This document shows positions 1 to 10,252 of a stretch of 124,000 nucleotides of DNA, piece after piece. The position numbers and the translations under genes were made by a program. Each line of letters starts with the position of its first letter. Positions within the stretch are counted from its first letter, which is position 1. The notes below the pieces were generated by a model, which was given only the letters and a program-made list of their open reading frames with translations, was not told the origin of the DNA and made no database searches. Origin of the DNA: Hyalangium minutum (lineage in GTDB: Bacteria > Myxococcota > Myxococcia > Myxococcales > Myxococcaceae); contig NZ_JMCB01000001.1 in the NCBI RefSeq assembly GCF_000737315.1, forward strand, positions 20,001-144,000, read 5' to 3'.

Positions 1-152
1 AACTGCGGAAGGGCAGAGGAGGCCGAGCTGGACGACAAGGCTACCACGCGCGGGAGCCGTGGACGCCGAGGTTCCGGAAGATCTTTGCCAAGGCGGGAAT
101 ACGGAAACGGCGCTCGACCGAGTTGGAGCGCTCTCGCCAAAAGCTCCGAGCG

Positions 153-178
153 GCGGGTTCGATTCCCGCCGCCTCCAC
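153..178 (+). ncRNA. 3' fragment of tmRNA (T-arm plus acceptor 3' strand), probable attachment-site remnant
   Basis: GCGGG-TTCGATT-CCCGC T-arm followed by CGCCTCCAC, which would pair with a GGGGGCG 5' end (G3.U70, tmRNA type). No matching 5' half in the 150 bp upstream. Confidence 0.6.
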
Positions 179-222
179 TGAGCCTCGTAGCGCCAGTGCC
201 TGGAGGTCAGTGCCAACGGCGC

Positions 223-1617
223 TCAGGCTCCGAAGGACTGCGTGAGGCGCGCAATGGCTCCGGGCAGGCCGCGCACGCGGAGCTTGCGCCCGCTCTCATC
301 GAAGGACTCGGAGAGCACCGTCGTGTGCTCGTACACCTCGCTGATGCGCGACTGGGAGGCGTAGGGGATCACCAGGTCCGCATCGACCATGGAGGCCGCG
401 AAGGCGCTCAGGATGCGCTCGCGCAGGAGCCCCACGTCCTCTGGCCGGTGCGCGGAGAGCAGCATCGCCTCCGGGTGGCGCGAGCGCAGCGCCTCTTGTG
501 CCGCCGCATCCAGCCGGTCCACCTTGTTGAAGAGCAGCTGGCTCGGGACGGCGTCCGCTCCGATCTCCCGCAGCACCGTGCGGGTGACCTCCAGCTGCGT
601 GTTCCAGGTGGGATCGGACGCATCCACCACGTACAGCAGCAGCGAAGCCTCGAGCGCCTCGTCGAGCGTGGAGCGGAAGGAGGCGACGAGATCATGCGGC
701 AGCTTCTGGATGAAGCCCACCGTGTCCGAGACGAGCACGCGCGGACGGCTCTCTGGCTGCAGGGCCCGCACCGTGGTGTCGAGGGTGGCGAAGAGCTGGT
801 CGGCCACCAGCACCTCACTGCCGGTCAGGGCGCGCATCAGCGAGGACTTGCCTGCGTTGGTGTAGCCGACCAGCGCCACGCGCAGCTGGTCGCGGCGCGC
901 GTAGCGGCGCTGGTCCTGGTCCTTCTGGATGGCGGCGAGCCCCTCGCGCAGCTCGGCGAGGCGGTCGCGAATCTTTCGGCGGTCGAGCTCCACGGCGGAG
1001 TCCCCGGAGCCGCGGCCCTGCTGCCGCTCCCTTCCTCCGGTGGACTCGCGCAGGCGGGGCGCGAGGTAGTTAAGCCGGGCGATCTCCACCTGCATGCGCG
1101 CCTCGTGGCTGCGCGCGTGCCGGTGGAAGATGTCCACGATGACGCCTGTGCGATCCAGCACCTGCGCCCCGGTGGCCTTCTCCAGGTTGCGCAGCTGGCT
1201 CGGGGAGAGCTCGTGGTCCACGACTACAATCGTGGGGCGCTGCGCCACCTCGCCTGGGGCGTCCTCCGCGGGCGGTGCGGCCTCCTCGTCTCCGGGCTCC
1301 TCGTGTGCTGCGTCCGCGGACTCCCAGCGCTCGCGCGCCTTCGATGTCCGCTCCTGCGCGCCGGATGCGATGACGCCGCTGCCGCCGGTGAGCTGCGCCA
1401 GCTCCTTGAGCTTGCCGGTGCCCAGCACCGTCCCGGAAGCCAGCCCCTCGCGGCGCTGGCTCACGGTGGCCACCGCGTCGTAGCCCAGGGTCTTTACCAG
1501 CCGGGCGAGTTCCGCGAGGTCTGCGGCGTGCTCCGCGTCCGAGACGTCGGGGAGTTGCACGCCGACGAGGACAGCAAGAGGACGGGCAGAGAGGGTCTTC
1601 GGCATGCAACTGCTCAT
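223..1617 (-). CDS. hflX: GTPase HflX
   Basis: GYTNAGKS, QLFATLDTT, DTVGFI and NKVD motifs; N-terminal VLDRTGVIVDIF HflX segment. Confidence 0.95.
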   Translation of the reverse strand: MSSCMPKTLSARPLAVLVGVQLPDVSDAEHAADLAELARLVKTLGYDAVATVSQRREGLASGTVLGTGKLKELAQLTGGSGVIASGAQERTSKARERWESADAAHEEPGDEEAAPPAEDAPGEVAQRPTIVVVDHELSPSQLRNLEKATGAQVLDRTGVIVDIFHRHARSHEARMQVEIARLNYLAPRLRESTGGRERQQGRGSGDSAVELDRRKIRDRLAELREGLAAIQKDQDQRRYARRDQLRVALVGYTNAGKSSLMRALTGSEVLVADQLFATLDTTVRALQPESRPRVLVSDTVGFIQKLPHDLVASFRSTLDEALEASLLLYVVDASDPTWNTQLEVTRTVLREIGADAVPSQLLFNKVDRLDAAAQEALRSRHPEAMLLSAHRPEDVGLLRERILSAFAASMVDADLVIPYASQSRISEVYEHTTVLSESFDESGRKLRVRGLPGAIARLTQSFGA

Positions 1618-1780
1618 ACCACGCCGTTCCGCGTCAACGTGGTGGCGTCCGCGCCGCCCCCCGGTGCGTCCGAGGCCCTGCGCGACATCGAGGTGGACAA
1701 GCTCCGCCCATAGCGAGCCCTCGTCTGCCCCCTCGCTTGCGCGGGCACAGCCATCCGTTCGTGGCTATCTAAACGGTGTC

Positions 1781-2173
1781 ATGGATGGTGGCGCACCCGA
1801 ATCTCCGCTTTCGCTTCTCTGCCGCGGCTGCGGCCTGTGCTGCGATGGCAGCCTCTTCAGCCATGTCGGGCTAGAGCCCGAGGAAGTCGGCCAGCTCCAC
1901 GCACTGGGAATTCCCACGCGGACCCTTCGCAGCGGTACGGAGGTGCTTCCGCAGAGGTGCTCCGCGCTCAAGGGCCGCGACTGTGGGATCTACGCAGCCC
2001 GTCCGGCGAGCTGCGCTGCGTATCACTGCGTGCTCGCTGCCTCTCTCCTCGAGGACCGGGTCACCCTAGAGGAGGCACAGGCCATCGTGAAAAAGGCACA
2101 GCGCCTCATTGCGGACGGTCACGCCCGAAGATTTCTGCGACAACAGTTCCGCGGCCGCAAAGGGCTCGACTGA
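1781..2173 (+). CDS. YkgJ-like cysteine-cluster protein
   Basis: CRGCGLCC ... C ... CGIYAARPASC pattern. Confidence 0.75.
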   Translation: MDGGAPESPLSLLCRGCGLCCDGSLFSHVGLEPEEVGQLHALGIPTRTLRSGTEVLPQRCSALKGRDCGIYAARPASCAAYHCVLAASLLEDRVTLEEAQAIVKKAQRLIADGHARRFLRQQFRGRKGLD

Positions 2174-2230
2174 TCCTGCCTCGCCTCCGCCACCTGCTGA
2201 GCATCCCCAGTGACTCTGTCGGCGTGCTGC

Positions 2231-5200
2231 TCACGGGGTGACACGCTCCCGGCGGCGGCGACGCCCTGCCCAGGTGGCGAGGGCCGATAGCACGGCCAGC
2301 GCCGCGCCCGCGCCTCCACCGTCGGCCTGACAGCCGCAGCCGCTACTCGACTCCTCCCAGGCCTGAACGGTGACGTTGAACGAGCACTGCGCGGCGTTTC
2401 CGGCGGCGTCCGTCGCGGTGACGGTGACGCGGGTCTCCCCCTGAGGAAAGAGGGAGCCGGACTCCGGCGACGCGGTCACCGTCGGATTCGCGGTGATGAC
2501 GTCGGTCGCGGTGGCGGGGGGATACGACACCAGCGCCCCCGCCGGCCCCGTCGCCTCCACGACCAGGTCCACCGGGCAGGTGATGTCCGGAGGCGTCTGG
2601 TCGACCACGCCGAGCGTCACGGTGGCGACGTTGCTGTCCAGACCGCAGTCCCGCACCCGGAAGGTGAAGCTGTCCGGCCCCGAGTAGCCCGAGGCGGGCG
2701 TGTACGTGACGGAGGGCGGCGTACCGCTCAGCGTCCCGTGAGCTGGAGGGGTGACGATGACGAAGGTCAGCGGAGGTCCCGCCTCGGCATCCGTCGCCAC
2801 CAGCGACAGATTCACGGGCACACCGTACGGCGTGGAGCCCGTCAGGTCCTGCGCCACCGGCGCGGTGTTCTGCACCACCCTCACCATCCGCCCGCCGCCT
2901 ATCGCGTTGGCGAAGACGGAGAGCACATAGGCACCCGGCGTCGCGCTGGCGGGAATGGACACCGTCACGCCCGTGGCGGACATCTCGGTGCCCGGCAACG
3001 TCCAGAGCCGGCGCCCCTCGGACGCCTGCAACCGCACCAGCGGGAAGTTCGTCGCGGAGTCCCTGAAGTCTCCCATGCTGGCTCCGGAGATGCCCCGGAA
3101 CAGCGTCCCGGTGATGCGCGCAGGACAGGCGCTCACCATCTCGTCGAGTCCCGTCACCACCGAACGCCAAGCCGGCTGCCCCCCGGTGTCCTCGTACAGC
3201 TCAGCGCTTGACAGCCACACGCCCCCGGCGCCCTGCCCTCCCAGCGCGAGCACCTCGCTCGAGGGCAGCACGACGGTGTCGAAGCGCAGCCGCTGGGCAG
3301 CGAGGCCCGACACGGGCTTCCAGGTGTTCGTCGCGCCGTCGTACAGCTCCGCGGTGGCGAGCACCGTGCTCCCGGGCCCCTGCCCTCCCGCGACGAGGAC
3401 CCGGCCGGAGGGCAGCAGCGAGGCCGAATGGAGTGCGCGCGCGCCAGCCAGTGTCCCCGCCGGGGCCCAGGTGTTGGAGACCGGGTCATACACCTCAGCC
3501 GACGCCAGCGCCGTCGCGAGCGAGGTCCCCGCCACCGCCAGCACCCGGCCCGACGGCAGCAGCGTCAGGGTGAAGGAGGCCCGTGCCTGCGAGAGACCCG
3601 CAGCAGGGGCCCACGTGTTGGAGGCCGGGTCATACAGCTCCGCCGAGGCCAGCGGCACGCCCCCGTTCTCGCCACCCGCCACCAGGACCCGGCCGTCGTG
3701 CAGCAGCACGGCCGCGTGACGCAAGCGAGGCGTGGCGGCCGGCCCGGCAGAGCTCCACACGTTCGCAACCGGGTCATACAGCTCCGCCGTCCCCGTGCCC
3801 GCCCCCCCCACGACGAGCACCCGGCCCGAGCCAAGCACCGTCGCGGTGTGCCCATCCCTGGCGGTCGTCATCGAGCCTGCGGGCGTCCAGGTATCGGCCA
3901 CGGGATCGTACAGCTCCGCCGAGGCCAGTGGCCCCACGCCATTCTCACCTCCGACAGCGAGCACCCGGCCGGACGGCAGCAGGCGCAGCGTTGCGCGCTC
4001 GCGCGCGGTGGTCATGGAGGCGGCGGGAGCCCAGGCGTTGCTCGCGCGAGTGTAGCGCTCCGCCGTCCCGAGCACGCCACTCGCGCCCCGGCCTCCCGCG
4101 ACCAGCACCTCTCCCGACGGCAGCAGCACGGCCGCGGAGCCCCGGCCCTGCACGAGATTGCCGGCCGGAGCCCAGCGGTTGCTGGAGGACTCATAAAGCT
4201 CCACGTTCGCATAGAAGGTCAGGCTCGGGTTCGAGCTGTAGCCCCCCATGACGAGCACCTGACCGGTCGTCAGCAGGGTGGCGGTGGCATTGTCGCGAGC
4301 CACCGCCAGCGTACCGGCGGCGGCCCAGGTCCCCGTCGCAGGGTCATACAGCTCCGACACGGGCTGCGGGTTGCGCGCCCCGTCCGAGCCACCCTGGACC
4401 AGGACCTTGCCATTGGGCAGAAGAGTGGCCGTGTGCCCATTTCGCGGATGGATGAGCGCGCCGGTGGCTGTCCACGTGTTGGCCACCGGGTCATAGAGCT
4501 CCGCGTGGGTGGTGACCCCCGCGCTCGTGAAGCCTCCCGCGAAGAGGACACGGCCATCGGGGAGCATCGTCGCGGTCGCATAGTGCCGGGGAACCAGGGG
4601 AGGCGCCGCCAGCGACCAGGTCCCTGCGGCGGGGTCATAGAACTCCGCGACGGGCACCTCGCCCGAGACGTTGTTGAAGCCGCTGACCACCAGCACCCGG
4701 CCGTCCCTCAGCGAGGTGGCGGTGTGGGCCCGGCGGGCGACGGACATGGAGCCTGTGGCGGTGAAGGTGTTCGTCGCGGCGTCGTAGAGCTCTGCCGTGC
4801 TCAGGTTGGAGCCTCCCGCGACGAGCACCTGCCCCGAGGACAGGAGGGTGAGGGTGCTCAGGCTGCGAGGTGCGGACATCGCCCCCGTGGCGGACCAGGT
4901 GTTCGTCGCGGCGTCATGGAGGCGTGCCGACTGGCTGCCGTCCGTGACGATGAAAGCCTTCCCGGTGGGAAGCAGGACACCCGACATGATGTTGCCCTGG
5001 ATGCCGGGACTTCCGGCGGAGGCCCAGGTGCCGGTCTCAGGGTCGAAGCGCTCGGCGGCACTCACGAACCCGTTCCGGTTGACGCCGCCCGCCACCAGGA
5101 TGCTGCCATCGGGCAGGAGCAGCGAGACGTGCTGGGCCCTCGCGCCCGCCATGCTGGCCGTCGACGACCAGCCCGGGGCCGCCACCACGTCGGCGGCAAG

Positions 5201-5335
5201 CTCGGGGAAGGAGGCCCGCGCCAGGGAGACGGCCTCCGCCGAGGACGGCAGAGTGCCCTTCTCCTCGCATGCGAGGACGAAGACACCGCAGAGCACCACG
5301 AAGATGAGGCGGCCCGAGCTCCAACCTGATTGCAT
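2231..5335 (-). CDS. Kelch-repeat surface protein with Ig-like/HYR domains and MYXO-CTERM anchor
   Basis: About 14 repeats of H-TATLLxxGxVLVxGG...AELYDP; PPDITCP HYR-like domain; C-terminal GCGC plus hydrophobic helix plus RRRR; lipobox-like LAC. Confidence 0.85.
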   Translation of the reverse strand: MQSGWSSGRLIFVVLCGVFVLACEEKGTLPSSAEAVSLARASFPELAADVVAAPGWSSTASMAGARAQHVSLLLPDGSILVAGGVNRNGFVSAAERFDPETGTWASAGSPGIQGNIMSGVLLPTGKAFIVTDGSQSARLHDAATNTWSATGAMSAPRSLSTLTLLSSGQVLVAGGSNLSTAELYDAATNTFTATGSMSVARRAHTATSLRDGRVLVVSGFNNVSGEVPVAEFYDPAAGTWSLAAPPLVPRHYATATMLPDGRVLFAGGFTSAGVTTHAELYDPVANTWTATGALIHPRNGHTATLLPNGKVLVQGGSDGARNPQPVSELYDPATGTWAAAGTLAVARDNATATLLTTGQVLVMGGYSSNPSLTFYANVELYESSSNRWAPAGNLVQGRGSAAVLLPSGEVLVAGGRGASGVLGTAERYTRASNAWAPAASMTTARERATLRLLPSGRVLAVGGENGVGPLASAELYDPVADTWTPAGSMTTARDGHTATVLGSGRVLVVGGAGTGTAELYDPVANVWSSAGPAATPRLRHAAVLLHDGRVLVAGGENGGVPLASAELYDPASNTWAPAAGLSQARASFTLTLLPSGRVLAVAGTSLATALASAEVYDPVSNTWAPAGTLAGARALHSASLLPSGRVLVAGGQGPGSTVLATAELYDGATNTWKPVSGLAAQRLRFDTVVLPSSEVLALGGQGAGGVWLSSAELYEDTGGQPAWRSVVTGLDEMVSACPARITGTLFRGISGASMGDFRDSATNFPLVRLQASEGRRLWTLPGTEMSATGVTVSIPASATPGAYVLSVFANAIGGGRMVRVVQNTAPVAQDLTGSTPYGVPVNLSLVATDAEAGPPLTFVIVTPPAHGTLSGTPPSVTYTPASGYSGPDSFTFRVRDCGLDSNVATVTLGVVDQTPPDITCPVDLVVEATGPAGALVSYPPATATDVITANPTVTASPESGSLFPQGETRVTVTATDAAGNAAQCSFNVTVQAWEESSSGCGCQADGGGAGAALAVLSALATWAGRRRRRERVTP

Positions 5336-5661
5336 TCGCCCTCCAGGCCCAGACCTGCGCCATGGGTTGACGCGCCGGGGGGCACGCCCCACGCGGAAGT
5401 CCTCCGCGTGTGACACAGCGTGTAGCACGCTCCGAGCGACTCCGGGTCCAGACTGACACGCTCCCCAGGCTGCTCCCGCCGGACTCGCTCCGGGGCACCA
5501 CGCTCAACCCGGAGGCACGTTTGGGGCCCCGTCTTCGTGGACTGGCCACGCTGCTGGAGGAGGCGAGTGACGAAATCCGCCGGCCACCGCGCATCGCGCG
5601 GACGGGTCGGGCATCTGACGGGCGCACGAAGGCGCGGGATTCAACCCTGGAGGACAACGGC

Positions 5662-6360
5662 ATGAAGATTGGAATTATTGGCGCGGGCTTGATTGGCGGG
5701 ACCCTGGCCCGGCGCTGGGTGCAGCTGGGGCATGACGTGTCCATCGCGAACTCGCGCGGGCCGGAGACGCTCAAGGACGTGGCGAAGGAGACGGGCGCGA
5801 AGGCCGTCACCGTCCAGGAGGCGGCCAAGGCGACCGACGTCATCGTGGTGACCATCCCCCAGAAGGCGGTGCCCGCGCTGCCCAAGGGCCTCTTCGCGAA
5901 CACGCCCAAGGACGCGGTGATCATCGACACGGGCAATTACTACCCCGTGCGCGACGGCCAGATTCAGGCGCTCGACAACGGCCAGGTGGAGAGCGAGTGG
6001 GTCGCGTCGCTCATCGGCCGTCCGGTCATCAAGGTCTTCAACAATATCTTCTTCAAGAGCCTGGGCGAGAATGGCAGGCCCCAGGGCACGCCGGGGCGCA
6101 TCGCGCTGCCGGTCGCGGGGGACTCGCCGGAGGCCAAGGCCAAGGTGCTCAAGTGGGTGGAGGAGCTGGGCTTCGACGCCATCGACGCTGGCAGCCTCGC
6201 CGACTCCTGGCGCCAGCAGCCCGGCACCCCCGTCTACACGCAGGACAGGGACGCCGCGGGCGTGAAGGCGGCCCTGGCCGAGGCAAAGCGCGAGCGCCTG
6301 CCGGAGTACCGCAACGCCGCCAACCAGTGGCTGAAGGACTTCCTCGCCAAGCAGGGCTGA
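5662..6360 (+). CDS. NADP oxidoreductase (F420-dependent-like Rossmann fold)
   Basis: MKIGIIGAGLIG, ANSRGPETL, IDTGNYYP and VIKVFNNI motifs. Confidence 0.85.
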   Translation: MKIGIIGAGLIGGTLARRWVQLGHDVSIANSRGPETLKDVAKETGAKAVTVQEAAKATDVIVVTIPQKAVPALPKGLFANTPKDAVIIDTGNYYPVRDGQIQALDNGQVESEWVASLIGRPVIKVFNNIFFKSLGENGRPQGTPGRIALPVAGDSPEAKAKVLKWVEELGFDAIDAGSLADSWRQQPGTPVYTQDRDAAGVKAALAEAKRERLPEYRNAANQWLKDFLAKQG

Positions 6361-6784
6361 GCGCTCACGCCAGCGGCTTGAGCACCGCGTAGTCGAATGG
6401 CGCGGCGGGCGGCATCGCGCAGGCCCACACGTCGAAGTCGAGTATGGCGCTCGTCGCGTTCCCACAGGGATTGACGTGGCCAGGGGACGCGATGGGGTGG
6501 CTGGGGGTGGCCTACGTCTGGAGGAGCCGCGCCTTCCCGGCGGAGCGCAGTCCTCGTGTTGCGTCTCCTCCAGCAGCGCCAGTGGTTCGCCGCGTCAGAG
6601 CAGCTCGAGGATGGCTCTGCCGCGGGTGGGCACCCCGCAGCCTGCGGAATCTTTGCATCAATTTCTACCTCGTCGGCTCCCTCCAGCAAGCGGGGCCCGC
6701 TCAGTCCAAAGGAATGGACTCGGGACACGCGGAACACCCACCCTTGCATGTCACACCCTGCCCCAGGGCAGAGGGAGGTCGAAA

Positions 6785-7360
6785 ATGAGGAAGTCCATCG
6801 CAGCCATGTTCACCCTGGCGATAGCGCTCATCTCCACGGGAGTCAGCGCCCAGACACTCCAGGCCAATCAGGCCCTGATGGCGGGCCAGCAGATCTACTC
6901 CTCGAATGGGAATTACAAGCTCGTCCTGCAGGCCAGTGACGGGAACCTGGTCGTGTATCGCGTCAGCACCAACGCCGTGATCTGGGCCACGAATGTCCTC
7001 GGCAGTGTCAGCAGCAACACGGGCGCGGTCATGCAGACTGACCGGAACTTTGTTGTTTATGGAGACATCACAAATCCTGCCAGCTATCGCTGGAATTCTG
7101 GGACGGGCGCTGCTGTCGTGGACACCGCCGCCTACCTCAAGCTGGGGGATGATGGCTCTTTGACCATCTATTCGGGTGCTGGGCTGAAGGTCTGGAGCAC
7201 GCCTGGGGAAGCGTGTCCTAACGGCGGCAGACTCGAATTGTATCCGGTGTGTGCTTACCCTGGGCCATTCCAACAAACCGTGCCGGTGCCTGCCTGCAAT
7301 TGGTCCGAGGCCGCCGCCTCTGCAGCCAGCATGAATGGCTACGTGGGGCCTTGCCGATAG
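6785..7360 (+). CDS. Secreted bulb-type (B-type) lectin-domain protein
   Basis: Signal peptide; QxDxNxVxY-like motifs QASDGNLVVY and QTDRNFVVY; Cys-rich C-terminal tail. Confidence 0.8.
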   Translation: MRKSIAAMFTLAIALISTGVSAQTLQANQALMAGQQIYSSNGNYKLVLQASDGNLVVYRVSTNAVIWATNVLGSVSSNTGAVMQTDRNFVVYGDITNPASYRWNSGTGAAVVDTAAYLKLGDDGSLTIYSGAGLKVWSTPGEACPNGGRLELYPVCAYPGPFQQTVPVPACNWSEAAASAASMNGYVGPCR

Positions 7361-7621
7361 TCCCTCGATCTGCCCGGCGCCCACGCCGCGCCCCGGACCG
7401 CAGCAGCCTGTATGCCCGCAAAGGAATACTGGCTGCTCAAGGGGCGCAGCATCACTTGCATCAGAGTGCTGTCCCTGATTGATGCGGCCAGCGCAGCATC
7501 GCCTCGCAGCGCGCCTCGGCGGTGAGCTGACCGCCGGGCGCGCCGGATGAGGGCGCTAGACGGAGATCTCCTAATTGAAGATGTGGGAACTTGCTCCCTG
7601 CCCACTCTCAAGTCCCCGCTG

Positions 7622-9580
7622 TCAGTATTCCTGCTCGTAGACGAAGCGGAACTTCTGCTCCGTGAAGGGGCCGAACTTCACGTTCACGGTGGCATCCACG
7701 GACGTGGTGAACCGGGCCCGGTAGGTGAGCGCGGAGGGACAGGCCGGCTCGACAGCCGCGCGAGACACCTGGATGGGCGTGTTCGGGTTGGCCGGGTCGG
7801 ACACGGTGACCTCCACGTTCCGGTTCATGAAGAGGAAGTGGCTCCGCCAGGGAATCTGCATCCGGTTGAAGCCCTCGAAGGGAGAACTACTGGAGGCGAA
7901 GGTCACCTCGTAGTGCCCGTGATTCGTGTCGGCACGCGGACTGGAGTTGGCGCTCACCGAGGCGAGCACGGAGGTCGGCGTCACGGTGAGGGCATGCGCG
8001 CAGGCATGATCGAGCAGCGCGTTGTCGGACAGCGTGGCAAAGTCGAGTCGGCCGTTGGAGCCCACCGCCCCGAGCGTGGTGTCGAGCGGATTGCCCGCCA
8101 CATCCTTCAAGGACGTGAGGTCCAGGAAGTAGCCCGTGTTCCCGAGCAGCGGTAGCTGTCCGGAGGCCGCGGGGGTGATGGTGACCTTCAGCGTCCTCCC
8201 ATCCGTGGACCACTCGCCGGCGATCGTGCGGAACGAGTTGGGGCTGCCCGATTCAGCCAAGCGCACGCTGTTCACCGAGCGATCCATCGGCTCGTTGAAG
8301 CCGAAGGTGAAGATCTTCCGGAGGGCCGTGGCCGGAGTGCCCCCCGTCGCGTAGACCTCGACGGGATAGACATCGGTGGTGCCATCCAGAACGTTGGAGC
8401 TGGAGACGTAGGGCTTGAGGGTGTCCGCGGCCACAGTGAAGTTGAGCGAGCCGTCCCCCAGGTAGGGCGCCGGATCGAACGGGTTGCCCGCCCGGTCCTT
8501 GAAGCCCGAGAGATCCACCTTCATGGTGGCCGTGGGGCGCAGCTTGAACTGCACGTCATACGTGGCGACGAAGCCGTCCGAGGACCAGCTCGGCGTCAGC
8601 AGCGTGCGGGTGCTGCGCTCCACATCCACCAGCTCGGCCTTGCCCACGCCCTGGGCGGTATCCATGGGCTCGCTGAAGGTGATCACCACGAAGCGCGTGC
8701 TGTCGTACGGCACACTCGTAGCGGCCTCGCGCGGAGAGCCCTCGCGCACCGTGGGGCGGATGAGGTCCGGCCCCGTGCCGAAGTCCAGCTTGCCGTCCCC
8801 CAGGTAGGGCGCGCCATCAAACGCCTTCAGGTTGGCGTTGCGGAAGTTGTCCAGCCGCACCGAGTAGAGCCCGTTGTTGACGAGCGGGCTGGTGATGGGC
8901 GCCTTGAGGGACTGGTTGCCCACCCAGGTATAGGCCCCCAGGCTCAGGCCGCCGCCCGGCACCAATGTCCCCACAGTGATGTCCATGGGCTGGTTGAAGT
9001 TGAGGGTGATCTCGTTGGTGGCCAGGGCCACGCTGCTGGCGCCCTCCGCGGGGATGGAGGTGGACACGGCCGGCGCCACGCCATCGCTCACCGTGAAGGA
9101 GAAGCTGCGCACGCCCTGCATGGGGTTGCCGAACGCGTCCGCGAAGTTGGCGATGCTCACCATCAGCGTCTTCCGGAGCGGCAGCCCCTGAGGGAACGCG
9201 AACCGCACCGTATGCACGGTGGGGTCCCAGTCCTGAGGGCTGGCCACCAGCACGCCGTTGTTCGGCAGGCCCGTGCCGGGGATGAGCTGCAGGGTGCCTC
9301 GGTTGGGCTGCATCGCCTCGTTGAACGTCACCTCGACCATCGTCTCCGGAGGCACGCCCGTGGCGTCCTTCTCCGGCTGATGGGTGATGACGACCGGCGG
9401 CTGCAGATCCACCGGCCCGGCGTCCGGCGGCCCGGCATCCGGTGGGCCCGCGTCCGGCAGGGGAGGAGGCGGCTGGGTCCCCGCATCTGGGACAGGCGGG
9501 GGATCATCCCCTCCACAGCCCGTGGACAGTGCCAGGGCGTGGAAGGCGGCGCACAGAACGAAGATGGAGAGACGGCGCAT
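7622..9580 (-). CDS. Lipoprotein with tandem bacterial Ig-like domains
   Basis: Lipobox STGC; four repeats of P...FNEPM/FSEPM...DxxGNP. Confidence 0.8.
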   Translation of the reverse strand: MRRLSIFVLCAAFHALALSTGCGGDDPPPVPDAGTQPPPPLPDAGPPDAGPPDAGPVDLQPPVVITHQPEKDATGVPPETMVEVTFNEAMQPNRGTLQLIPGTGLPNNGVLVASPQDWDPTVHTVRFAFPQGLPLRKTLMVSIANFADAFGNPMQGVRSFSFTVSDGVAPAVSTSIPAEGASSVALATNEITLNFNQPMDITVGTLVPGGGLSLGAYTWVGNQSLKAPITSPLVNNGLYSVRLDNFRNANLKAFDGAPYLGDGKLDFGTGPDLIRPTVREGSPREAATSVPYDSTRFVVITFSEPMDTAQGVGKAELVDVERSTRTLLTPSWSSDGFVATYDVQFKLRPTATMKVDLSGFKDRAGNPFDPAPYLGDGSLNFTVAADTLKPYVSSSNVLDGTTDVYPVEVYATGGTPATALRKIFTFGFNEPMDRSVNSVRLAESGSPNSFRTIAGEWSTDGRTLKVTITPAASGQLPLLGNTGYFLDLTSLKDVAGNPLDTTLGAVGSNGRLDFATLSDNALLDHACAHALTVTPTSVLASVSANSSPRADTNHGHYEVTFASSSSPFEGFNRMQIPWRSHFLFMNRNVEVTVSDPANPNTPIQVSRAAVEPACPSALTYRARFTTSVDATVNVKFGPFTEQKFRFVYEQEY

Positions 9581-9634
9581 GGGGGTAGCACTCCTCGCGA
9601 ACGGGCGGGGACGCTACCAGCAATGCCCCGCGCG

Positions 9635-10150
9635 TCAGAAGTAGGCCGCTGCGCCCACGGAGCCCGTGAGCGACGACTGCGTCTTCTCGTTGAGGGCGAT
9701 GTAGAAGTTGTACTGCCCTCTCAATCCCAGGCTCACCGTATCCGTGACGAAGAAGTCGAAGCCCAGGTTGGGCCCGAGCCCCACGTACTGCCCGGTGGCC
9801 CCCTCGCGGAAGACCAGCAGGTAGCTCAGGTCCGTGCCCGCGTAGGGCCGGAAGGACTCCTCCATGAAGAGGTAGCGGATGCCGATGGACGGCGCCAGCG
9901 CCACCACCCGCTTGCCCGTACCCGGGTCCCTCGGGAAGGAGAGCTTCGTCAGCGACACCAGGTCGAAGCCGCTCTCGATGTAGTAGCTGCCGTCGAACCC
10001 GACGAAGAAGCCACCTTCGAGGCCGGCGGTGCGTTTGAAGTCCATATAGCCCAGGGACAACCCCAGGCTTCGGTTGGCGAACTGCGCATGGGCGGGGGCA
10101 GCCCCGAAGAGGACTGCGGCAAGACCAAGGGCACAGAGGAGCGTACGCAT
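9635..10150 (-). CDS. Small outer-membrane beta-barrel protein
   Basis: Signal peptide ending AHA; alternating Gly/aromatic strands; terminal YF. Confidence 0.7.
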   Translation of the reverse strand: MRTLLCALGLAAVLFGAAPAHAQFANRSLGLSLGYMDFKRTAGLEGGFFVGFDGSYYIESGFDLVSLTKLSFPRDPGTGKRVVALAPSIGIRYLFMEESFRPYAGTDLSYLLVFREGATGQYVGLGPNLGFDFFVTDTVSLGLRGQYNFYIALNEKTQSSLTGSVGAAAYF

Positions 10151-10252
10151 GGTGGCCGCGACTCTACCGGCGTAACCCATGGAAAACAGCTTGGATTTTG
10201 CATCATGGGGCCGTTGATCGTCCCACACTTCCTCCCCTACACTCGCGCCGCC

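Noticed and set aside
153-178. Complete tRNA-Ala or intact tmRNA
   Set aside because: Only the T-arm and 3' acceptor strand are present; no D-arm, anticodon arm or pairing 5' end upstream.
85-1713. 542-aa plus-strand ORF and similar overlaps opposite sctV, ABC and Kelch genes
   Set aside because: Antisense to well-supported genes, with Arg/Gly/Ala-biased nonsense composition.
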